A DNA stretch of 64,000 nucleotides from an uncultured virus (IMG/VR IMGVR_UViG_3300043803_001397) (lineage: Duplodnaviria; Heunggongvirae; Uroviricota; Caudoviricetes): the IMG/VR virus record IMGVR_UViG_3300043803_001397, one strand, 5' to 3'. Under the pieces are notes generated by a model. It had not been told where the DNA came from. It saw only the letters and a list, made by a program, of their open reading frames with translations, and did not search any database. A program made the translations under genes and the position numbers. The stretch's first letter is position 1. Each line of letters opens with the position of its first letter. Shown here in pieces: positions 30,456 to 40,000 of the stretch.

Positions 30456-33329
30456 TTAAAAAGGATAAACATCTGAGCCAATTAATCCACCCATTTTTCT
30501 ATTGAGCATATTTAATCCACCTATGTTATTCATATTAAAAGGTGTTAAATAATTATCAGGTGCTCCTCTTCTAGAAAATGTTGCTCTATCAGGATAACCA
30601 TCCATATCATTATCCGTATAACTAGTTGCACTATTTCCCCTAATAATACGTAAAGCTTCAGAACTAGCTTCAGATTCAGTAAGTCCGTTTTCCATTAACT
30701 TCTTTTTCAACATAGGTATTGAACCATAAGCTGACATTGGATCTGCATTTTGATTTCCTTGTCTGCCTAACATATTAGTATTATATCCTCTTTTAGTAAA
30801 ATAGGACTTACCTGTAAAAGGATCAATTCTATACATAGGATTTACAGCATTGATTAAACCTAAGTTCATTCTATTATTAAAAGCCATAGCAAACTTATCA
30901 CCTATATTAGTTCTATATTTAGCCAACGCATTATCAAACTGTTGATTAGAAATAACTCCAGCATCATAAAGATCATTAGCTCTTTGCATAGCTAATAGAT
31001 TTTCTTTACCCAAAATATCAGCATTAATACCCGCAAACTGATTAGCTACACCTACATTTTGGTTTTGAACTCTACCTATAGTGTTAGCAACTCCTTCACC
31101 TAAACTTCCTTGAAGTTTGGAAACATTTGCCATATATGCTTGTGGATTACCTATTAAAGCAGCACTTTGTGCAAACATATTGGCGGCTTCATTTTGTGCA
31201 GCTATTTCTCTATTAGGGTCATAGAAAGTAGGTTTAACTTTTGGTAAATTTACTGGTGCCTTATATGGAAGATATTTTTTTGGTTTGTTTATAGCAGCAA
31301 TTCCTAAATTAATAACATCTGGAAGCATATAACCAAAAGGAGGTTCTTCATTATTGTATAAAGGTTTTTCTCCAGGAGGAGTATAAGAAGGTTTATCTTT
31401 AGCAGTAGATTGACAACTTGCAGCAGCTTCTTCCTTTGTAGAAAATGCACCTGCTGCAGATCTTGCTTGTTCATCTTTAAAAGAAGACGATACTATAACA
31501 GGTGAGTTTGAATTATCTAAACCTTGACATATAAAACCTAATACAGGTTGTGAAGTAACTGCTGTAGCTTGAGTAGGTTCAATATCAGGTGCACTAAAGG
31601 TGTATTCACCAAATTTATCATCATAAGCTCTAAAACTATTTTTTTCAGAAAAGTATGGTTTCATCCCTTTTTTTACACGTTCAGCATCATACCATCTTTG
31701 AAATTTCTGAGTCGCTCCTTTCACTCTAGGATTCCATCCTGGATTTTCTGAAATAAACTTTTTTTGACGTTTTACAAAGTCAGCCATGTTCTCTACACTG
31801 GTCCAATCTTCATCACCATATACACCGGTTTTACCTTTTATAGTATTCTGCATAGAAGGTAAAGTAAATCTTTGAGCATCATTAGCAAGATCTCTAGCAT
31901 TAATAGGAATATTTACAGTGTATTTTTGTTTTAAATATTCTTCAAGAAGCTTTCTTTGTTCATCATCCCAAACAGGCACGCGATTATTAGAAACAGTACT
32001 TGAACCTTTACTTCCTTGAAACTTTGGAAGAGCACCTCCATATTTGGCTTGATCTAATCCAGCTTCATTCTCATCTTCTAAAAGACCTTGTGACACAGAA
32101 GGCACACCTTGTGGAAATCCTTTCATAGATTCTTGAACCATTGCTAAATATTCTAATTTCTTTTGATAGTTTTCTATCATTCTATTAGCAGTGTTTAATA
32201 AAATATCATCACTTGTAGGATCTTCTAAAATTGCTATATATTTATTTACATCATATTTTTTAGCAATTTCAGCAGGTGTATAACCACCTTTTTTTTCTGG
32301 CATTCCAAAATAACTAAGTATTTCAGGATCTTTGATTTTCATTTTCTGTGTGTCAGAAAAAATAAAGGTTCCTTCAGGTACATTAAGAGGCACACCACCT
32401 TTTGAATGTCTTGGACCTACAATTTTTTTATGAAGTTTTTTACCATCGTTATTTAGATCACCATAAATAGTTTCACCACCTTCAGCTTCAATATTAGCTT
32501 CATTTCTAGGTACAGCAGATATAGTATTACTATATGATTCTGATTTTGTAGAAGGCATGTCAGTATATATATCACGAGATCCTAGATCAAGTCCACTTCC
32601 TGACTGACCACCGTATGCCATTGAAGGCTGTTTTGTAATACGTATTTTCATAATTTCTTGATTTTCACCTCCATATTGAGCAAACATTCCTTTATTAACA
32701 ACATAGTCATTAGGTCTAAATTCTCCAAAACGAGATCCTGTAGTTACATAATCTCCATCAGATCCTTCTACAGCATTAAAAAGAGCATCTGAGTTCATTT
32801 GATTTCTTTTCCATTTTGAAAAGTCAGTATCTCTTTTTTTACGATTAATATCATCCATAATAGAAGAACCTAAAATAGAAGCACCTTTAATTACATCACC
32901 TAGTTTTTGAAAATCAGCTATGTAATTACGTTTAACATCAGGTTTTGGTATTTTAAAATCTGAAATGGTAGGTGCATCATTTGCTGTTTTATAAAACGTT
33001 TTAGATTCACCAAAGTTTCCAAATTGTTCTTTACTACCATCTGCATTAACAACTTCATATCTAGGAGTTGGTGCAACTCCTGTGTTAAAGTTTTTCCATA
33101 CATAAGATCCTCCCATATCAGGAAGAGGTCCTTTATTCTCTTTGTCAGTGGCAGGGATAGATGTACTAGCATTTGGCACAGTACCCATGTCAAAACCTTT
33201 ATATGGCCATATATCATTAGACCAATTAGAAGCTGTTGGTAAATTAAAGTTACCAACTGAATTAGGAGGATATTGACTATTTTGCCACTGTGCTTTAGGT
33301 AATCCTTTCTTAGTAATGCGTATTTTCAT
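30456..33329 (-). CDS. putative internal virion cargo protein
   Basis: IEAEGGET...GPRHSKGGV...IFSD domain; repeated MKIRITK and xxYGG motifs; located after the tail genes. Confidence 0.65.
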   Translation of the reverse strand: MKIRITKKGLPKAQWQNSQYPPNSVGNFNLPTASNWSNDIWPYKGFDMGTVPNASTSIPATDKENKGPLPDMGGSYVWKNFNTGVAPTPRYEVVNADGSKEQFGNFGESKTFYKTANDAPTISDFKIPKPDVKRNYIADFQKLGDVIKGASILGSSIMDDINRKKRDTDFSKWKRNQMNSDALFNAVEGSDGDYVTTGSRFGEFRPNDYVVNKGMFAQYGGENQEIMKIRITKQPSMAYGGQSGSGLDLGSRDIYTDMPSTKSESYSNTISAVPRNEANIEAEGGETIYGDLNNDGKKLHKKIVGPRHSKGGVPLNVPEGTFIFSDTQKMKIKDPEILSYFGMPEKKGGYTPAEIAKKYDVNKYIAILEDPTSDDILLNTANRMIENYQKKLEYLAMVQESMKGFPQGVPSVSQGLLEDENEAGLDQAKYGGALPKFQGSKGSSTVSNNRVPVWDDEQRKLLEEYLKQKYTVNIPINARDLANDAQRFTLPSMQNTIKGKTGVYGDEDWTSVENMADFVKRQKKFISENPGWNPRVKGATQKFQRWYDAERVKKGMKPYFSEKNSFRAYDDKFGEYTFSAPDIEPTQATAVTSQPVLGFICQGLDNSNSPVIVSSSFKDEQARSAAGAFSTKEEAAASCQSTAKDKPSYTPPGEKPLYNNEEPPFGYMLPDVINLGIAAINKPKKYLPYKAPVNLPKVKPTFYDPNREIAAQNEAANMFAQSAALIGNPQAYMANVSKLQGSLGEGVANTIGRVQNQNVGVANQFAGINADILGKENLLAMQRANDLYDAGVISNQQFDNALAKYRTNIGDKFAMAFNNRMNLGLINAVNPMYRIDPFTGKSYFTKRGYNTNMLGRQGNQNADPMSAYGSIPMLKKKLMENGLTESEASSEALRIIRGNSATSYTDNDMDGYPDRATFSRRGAPDNYLTPFNMNNIGGLNMLNRKMGGLIGSDVYPF

Positions 33330-33333
33330 AATA

Positions 33334-36300
33334 TTAAATTATTTCAAATTCATAACCTTGTGACTTTAACCAGTCAGCTTGTTCTGGTGTAACTTCCATC
33401 TCAGTACCATCTACTAAACCACCATCTTGTTTAGCAAAGTTACGAGCAAAGTTTGCTTTCTTACGCATAGCTGGTGAGTATTTTCCTTCAGGTGCATTAA
33501 GAATAGTAGAAGCTGCTTCTTGTACACCCATGCCCATACGAGTGGCTTGAGCTTTAAATGTACCTTTCTTAGCAGGATCTAAATGAATACCACCATCTTC
33601 AAACATAGGATATCCTGCACTTCTAACACCAGTAGAAGGAATTATAAATCCTCTTGGTGAAGGAGAAGGTAAAAGTCCTTTTAGTTGAGGACCTTCCAAA
33701 AGTCCTCTTGTTTGAGGAGCTCGTAAAAGCTTAGGTATTGTAGATGAAGCTGGCAACTGATTAGGATTATATGGTAAATATGTAGTTTTAGGTAATAGTT
33801 TTCCTACATTAGAAGCAAATCCTGCTAAAAGAGGTGCACCAATACCTTTAACATATGGCACAAATGAATCTTGTTCATCAGCATCATAAGCCATTGTTCC
33901 AACACCCTCACTAAGAGAACCTAAAATTGCTAATGGATTAACATAATCTGTCCAATTATTATTCTTTAACGAACCTAAATTCTTACCAGTGATATAAAAC
34001 TGTTCTTTCATTGTCATATCTTTCCACTTTTTAGTTTTACCATTTGGAAAAGTAAACTCAGCATTTACATCACCAGCTATAACTTTTCTTCTTGTTTCAC
34101 TTGCTCTAAGATTTTCATCATCCATATTTTGACCCATATCACTAGAGTCACTTTCTCCAAGATAAAAAGGATTTGTAAACTGTTGTGCAGCCATCCATCC
34201 TGTTAAAGAAGGAGTTTCTTGTGCACCTTTTAGTCTACCGTCTATATAACTACTAGTTCCTTTTTTAGGAAGAGATTTAGGTGTTCCTTTATTAGAAGAA
34301 CTAGTAGATTCTTTACTATAAGGTTGACCTGAAAGCATACTTAAAAGTTGCATGTTTTGTTCAGCAGTACCTCTATAGTTTGTAATTCCTTTTTCAGAAG
34401 CAATTTGTTTACGTGTATTAAAATCAGAAGCAAGTCCCATGCTATTTAAATAATCAACTATACTTACACCTTTATAATTATTTGATTTTTTAGAAGGCTT
34501 TTCTTGAACAGGAAGTCTAACATCTAATGGTCTACCCTGAAAACTTTGAGGTGCTGGATATAATTCAGATAGAGAAGGATCAGACGTATATAAATCCATA
34601 TTATCTACTCCAGATTGTTGATAAGCAAGTAAAGCTTGTCTCCAAGAATTATAATCTGGATAATCCTCTAATTGAGGTTGACCACCATTTTGATAGAATG
34701 CATTACCACTAAATGTAGACCCACCCTTTTTATATTCTCCTTTACGTATTTTTTTCCATCTATCTTTTTGATATTCATCTAAACGTTGTAATTCTAATTG
34801 AGCCCCTGTAAGACTCTGACTACCATATGTAGGAAATAACTCACTATTTGGTGTTAATCCTATTTTTTCACCTGCTCGTGCTATTTTACTGTACACATAT
34901 GCTGGCATATCAACATTTAGTTTATCCCACATAAGTTTAGGACTAGATTTAATAATGTTCCAAAGTTGTTCTTCTGAACTGGGATAATCACTTCCAGGAT
35001 AAAAAGCAGAAATTGGTTTAGATGCTACATATGTATTATCAACAAGTGCTTTATTTCCACCTTTTTGCATTTCCACCAGACCACCTTCTTGCCAAGTCTT
35101 TCTAGCAAACGCTCTAAAGAAAGGGTTATTATCTAAGTTCTTTTTATGACGAGCATAGAAAGCTGCTTTACGTTTTGGGTCTTTAGGATGCTGACCTAAC
35201 TTAGAATCACCAAAGTATTTAACAGTTCCATCAGGACCAGTCACTTTATGTGTTTTACCTTTACGATCATTACTTCTTGTAACAACGTATCCACCGTTAG
35301 CCATCATCTCTTCCATATCCTCTTCTTCCATTTCTTCTCCATCACCTTGAGCTTCAGGGTTATACATCATATAATTAGTAATAGCATCAGCTGAATCATC
35401 CATAACTGCAAGTTTAGAAGCAATCCATGGATCTAAGTTTTTATCAGGAGATATAAACTGACGAAGCTTGTTCATCTTATCTGAAACAGCCATCATCTGA
35501 CCTAGTGCCATGCCACCATTAGGTTCACCACCTTCTTCCATCATTGGATTATAATATCCACCATATCCCATGTTAGATAATATTTTAGCCTGTACATATT
35601 CAGGTAAGGCTTCAAATCCTGGGTTGTTTGTTCCTCCGTATTTCATTTCTTTAGATTTTATTTTATGTTCTTGTTTTAGCATTTCTTTAGTAGGTTTCTT
35701 ACCTGAGCCTTTATTAGCTCTAATGTTATCCCAGAGTCCTCTCTTAGAATAACTACCATCTTTACGTTTAATCATTTCTCCACCATTTTTCATTATAGGA
35801 TATTCATCTACATAAGATGCACCACCAAAACTATAGTCTTGTCCTGGATACATTATTTGTTTTTCACCATTAGAACCTACACCTAGTACAGGATAGGGTA
35901 CACCTTGCATAGTTATATTAGGACTAGATATACGAGTTACTTTACCTGGATGTGCCCATTGTCCTCTATTGTCTTTTATTACACCACCATTTTTATTTTT
36001 TGATAGAAAAGACTTAAAACTCGAATGAATTGCAAGATCAGGAAACTTAATTTGATTTCTTTGTGCGTCAAAATATATGTTATCTAGTTCATTATCAACA
36101 AACATTTTTCTAAACTTTTCAACATCTAATTGATTTTTATAATCTAATCCATGATTTTTCATAACACCTCTCATCTCATTACCAAAGCTTTTCCAGTCAG
36201 AATTTAAAAACCAACCATCAATAGGATATAAATCTTTACTATTAGCTATGAGTTCTTTTGCTTCATTTCTTATTCTAGGGTCAATATCATATCTTGGTAA

Positions 36301-37020
36301 TCCATAAAATTCTCTTTGCTGTTTATAAGAGAGCCCACTGAGATAGTCTTTTAATTCGTCATCTGTTAACTTATCTAAAAATCTTTTTTTAATATCACCT
36401 TCAGCTCCTAAATCTCCAAATCCTTCTCCAAGATTATAATATTTATTTCCACCACGTTGTGTGTATATTCCTAAATCATCTACCCCTTTGTTTGCCAAAG
36501 AATTGTATTTCAAAGAATTCTTTAAAGCTGTATTCTCTAAAGCATATTTACCTGCGGTTTTTAATCCTTTACCAACAAGCCCTGCTCCAGAAACAAGCAT
36601 TTCAGCTTCAAATCCAGGAACAACAATATTATCCCATGTTCTTGCAGCTAGCTTACTATCTGCCATATCACCAAGAAGCCCTTGTGTATAATTACCTTGT
36701 TCATCAGAATATCCTCCATGCGTAGCTGCATATTGTTTAGCAAACTTATATCTTCTGGCTTCATCTAAATCTTTAACAGGAGTGTATTGAGAAACAGAGG
36801 GTTGACTTTCAATAATTCTTCTAGCCCTTTCTTGTTCTTGTCTTTTAGCTGTTGCTTCAGCTAAAACTCTTCTTTGAGGACTATCATTCATTCTAGCTAT
36901 CTGAGGATAGTAAGATTGCATATCTCCTCTTGCTCTATTATTAGATTTGACTAATCCCATCTGAGCTTTAGGAAGCATAGACATGTAAAACTGTTGTAAT
37001 ATAGAATCTGATCTTTTCAT
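33334..37020 (-). CDS. mosaic multi-module virion protein with repeated xxxGG motifs
   Basis: About 12 GG-terminated motifs separate unrelated short modules. Confidence 0.7.
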   Translation of the reverse strand: MKRSDSILQQFYMSMLPKAQMGLVKSNNRARGDMQSYYPQIARMNDSPQRRVLAEATAKRQEQERARRIIESQPSVSQYTPVKDLDEARRYKFAKQYAATHGGYSDEQGNYTQGLLGDMADSKLAARTWDNIVVPGFEAEMLVSGAGLVGKGLKTAGKYALENTALKNSLKYNSLANKGVDDLGIYTQRGGNKYYNLGEGFGDLGAEGDIKKRFLDKLTDDELKDYLSGLSYKQQREFYGLPRYDIDPRIRNEAKELIANSKDLYPIDGWFLNSDWKSFGNEMRGVMKNHGLDYKNQLDVEKFRKMFVDNELDNIYFDAQRNQIKFPDLAIHSSFKSFLSKNKNGGVIKDNRGQWAHPGKVTRISSPNITMQGVPYPVLGVGSNGEKQIMYPGQDYSFGGASYVDEYPIMKNGGEMIKRKDGSYSKRGLWDNIRANKGSGKKPTKEMLKQEHKIKSKEMKYGGTNNPGFEALPEYVQAKILSNMGYGGYYNPMMEEGGEPNGGMALGQMMAVSDKMNKLRQFISPDKNLDPWIASKLAVMDDSADAITNYMMYNPEAQGDGEEMEEEDMEEMMANGGYVVTRSNDRKGKTHKVTGPDGTVKYFGDSKLGQHPKDPKRKAAFYARHKKNLDNNPFFRAFARKTWQEGGLVEMQKGGNKALVDNTYVASKPISAFYPGSDYPSSEEQLWNIIKSSPKLMWDKLNVDMPAYVYSKIARAGEKIGLTPNSELFPTYGSQSLTGAQLELQRLDEYQKDRWKKIRKGEYKKGGSTFSGNAFYQNGGQPQLEDYPDYNSWRQALLAYQQSGVDNMDLYTSDPSLSELYPAPQSFQGRPLDVRLPVQEKPSKKSNNYKGVSIVDYLNSMGLASDFNTRKQIASEKGITNYRGTAEQNMQLLSMLSGQPYSKESTSSSNKGTPKSLPKKGTSSYIDGRLKGAQETPSLTGWMAAQQFTNPFYLGESDSSDMGQNMDDENLRASETRRKVIAGDVNAEFTFPNGKTKKWKDMTMKEQFYITGKNLGSLKNNNWTDYVNPLAILGSLSEGVGTMAYDADEQDSFVPYVKGIGAPLLAGFASNVGKLLPKTTYLPYNPNQLPASSTIPKLLRAPQTRGLLEGPQLKGLLPSPSPRGFIIPSTGVRSAGYPMFEDGGIHLDPAKKGTFKAQATRMGMGVQEAASTILNAPEGKYSPAMRKKANFARNFAKQDGGLVDGTEMEVTPEQADWLKSQGYEFEII

Positions 37021-40000
37021 TACCTCTGACTAAGTTGTATTTTCTGATTAGATATTTTAAATAACATCTTTACATCATCACTCTTAAACTTTCTTAAAAA
37101 CACTTTGTTTAAATTATGACGAAACTTCTTACGCTCTAATGGTGATTTTTGATAGTTTACATAAGCTGGATTGATTTTAAATTTATATCCATTAGATTCT
37201 GTAATGAACATTGGGATGTTTGTACTTGTAGTAAACTCTCCTCTATCTTTAGTAATATCCCAAAACTGATTAAACCGATATTTCTGTTCTTCTTTAGAAT
37301 AGTTTATTCCTATAGACTGAGGTCTTATCTGAGGATAACTAAGCATTGCCACAGGGTTAGCTTTATTCTTAAGCTCTAGTTCTAAAAGTCCAGATACCTG
37401 TTCTGAGTTATAGACAATAGCCTGATCAAAATTTGCATCTAATACATGAAACTTATCTCTACAATCATTGTGCATCTTGTAAGCTTCTAATATGTATTCT
37501 ATGTTTCTCATAGATACAACTTGCTGACCGCTAGCTGATACAAATTCTATTTCAAAAGGATAGTCTACACCATAGTAGTTAGAATACTTATCACACCTTA
37601 TATTATGTTTCCAAATAGAGTTTTGGTTAACACTCATAAAATGAGCTTTACCAGGAATTAAAAAACTAGGTATCCAGTCATGAAAACTTATCCATGTTTG
37701 ACTTTTAGGATCATAAGACATGGTCCAACTAGCATCTTCAAAATATGCAGTGTTAGTCAAAGGAATATAAACCTTACCATTAGAAGCACTCACTTCATAA
37801 AAACCTTTAGAGTCAAACAATAAGTTAGTCTTTAAAGGTTTATAATCTTTTTTGCTTACGTATATAATCTCATTAGTGTTATCATATATCATTTGTACAC
37901 CTACAGCAATAACAGGATTATCAGCAAAAGGATAATCAGGATAGATTCTTAATAGTTCACTTGGTAAATATTTAGCAAACCACCATTTAAGACCATCTCT
38001 TGATATTTCTTTAATTTGCCCTGCATACTGAAATATCTTACCTTGGTTTTGACTCACCCAGAAAACACCATGTGTACAACCTAATGTAGCAAGTTTATTT
38101 TGACAAGAACCATATTCATATGATTCATCTGAGTTAGTAATACTTTGTAAAGGTTGATTAAATAATCCACCATCTCCCACTGTAATTTTAGTACCAGCAT
38201 CTGTCTGAAGTTGATCCACACCTAGAAATTGTAATGGACTTTGTCTAGACATCATAAACAGTGCCCCTGTCTTATTAATATTTTTAATAGATGTAATAGG
38301 TGAACCAAAATCTTTATAATTATTAGCTAAAAATACTCTCCAATTATCCTTAACTCCTTCAAGTTGTTGTGGAAGTGAGTATGCTACCCTAGTAGGATAG
38401 TAGGTAAAACATGTAGAAAACTTCTTAGGATCATAATATCTTGGAAGTAAATTACCGTAAGAAACATATTGATTAAATATTTTACTAACACTTAAAGAAT
38501 AATCATACTTATAAAAGTTTCTACTCTTAATTATATCTGATCTAAAAAGAGATTTATAGTCAGAATAATTATAAGGATCATAGTGACGTTTTTCAACAAG
38601 TTCTTCCCAGTCTCTGAAAGCAAGATTCACTTCACTTTCTACAAAAAAATCTCTAACACCTGAATTAAATAAATAGAAATAACCTTTGCTAACAAAAAAA
38701 GTAGAACTATCTCTTTCATCTAAATGTCTATTATTACTCATATTACCAAATAACTTATAAGAAGGTCTCTCGGAATTTATCCAAAACCTAGGATAAGCTA
38801 TGTTGATATAATTTCTATAATCATGTTCTGTTTCATCTGGCTCACCCATAAGCCAAGAGTTAAAAAAGAAAAATGAGTTCTTTTCTGTAAATCTGTTTAT
38901 GTAAGTATCTCCATTAAATAAAACACTTGTTGACTGACTTTTTGCATCAGAAATAATAGAATGTACACATGCGGAAACAGGAACTTGTTTTATCTGATCC
39001 AGTTGACCATATTGAGAAGAAAAAACAACTTTAATTGCACCATAGTGTCCAGATATTGTTGATTCTACTTCTTTATTTATTTTTTTACCGGGTACAGCAG
39101 AAAGTCTAAATCTTGAGTTGTCTATACTAATGGGATTATTCTTATCTCTTTCAATTTGAATAGCTACATAACCTGATCTAAAAACATTATTTATATTATA
39201 ATTTGAATTAAAGGACTGTATGTTAGAATCAACATAACTAGAATCATCTATACGAAATCTACGGTCTCCTTCGTTTGTTATAATAGATTTATTATAATGT
39301 CCATGTGAATCATATTGTAAAGCATTCTGTCTTTTAGGAACCATTCCATAAATAACATTTAACATCTGTTCACCAACAGCTGTTGCTTCAACATAAGACA
39401 TTGCAACACTAACTGTCAAATTATATGTTCCAATAATACTATTAGTTATAGCGATAACAGGATTGGGAACACTTGCACCTGAACCAAAAAGAGAAAAAGA
39501 TACAGGATGATTGGTCATTTTAGCAAGTGTAAGTTGCTTTTCATAATTAAGCTTATCTGTTTTACCAAGTGTAATATTACCATTGTTTGCAATAGCAGAT
39601 AGAACATTTCCAATAGAACTAATAACAGCAATAACACTAGAAAATATACCAGAAAAGTTAGTTAACGTTTTAAACTTTGGATGCTTATAAGGCTCAGAAA
39701 AAAGACCTCTAGACTTTCCGTAAATTTCTTGATATACCTTTAATTCAGACACACCTAAAAAAGGTCTAGTAAATGTAGTGTCAGGACTATGAAAAGATAG
39801 ATGATCTTTTTTATATAATGTTAAAGGATATGCTAAATTAACACCATTTGAGTCACCACTTCTTCTAAGATCTTTACGAGCTGCTCTTAATTTTGCTTTT
39901 GCTTCTCTTCTTTGTCTACGTCTTAACTTTCTTTCTTGACGTCTACGCCTTCTTTCCGCTCTTTTACTATCATCGTCATCATCATCTTCTTCATCAAACT

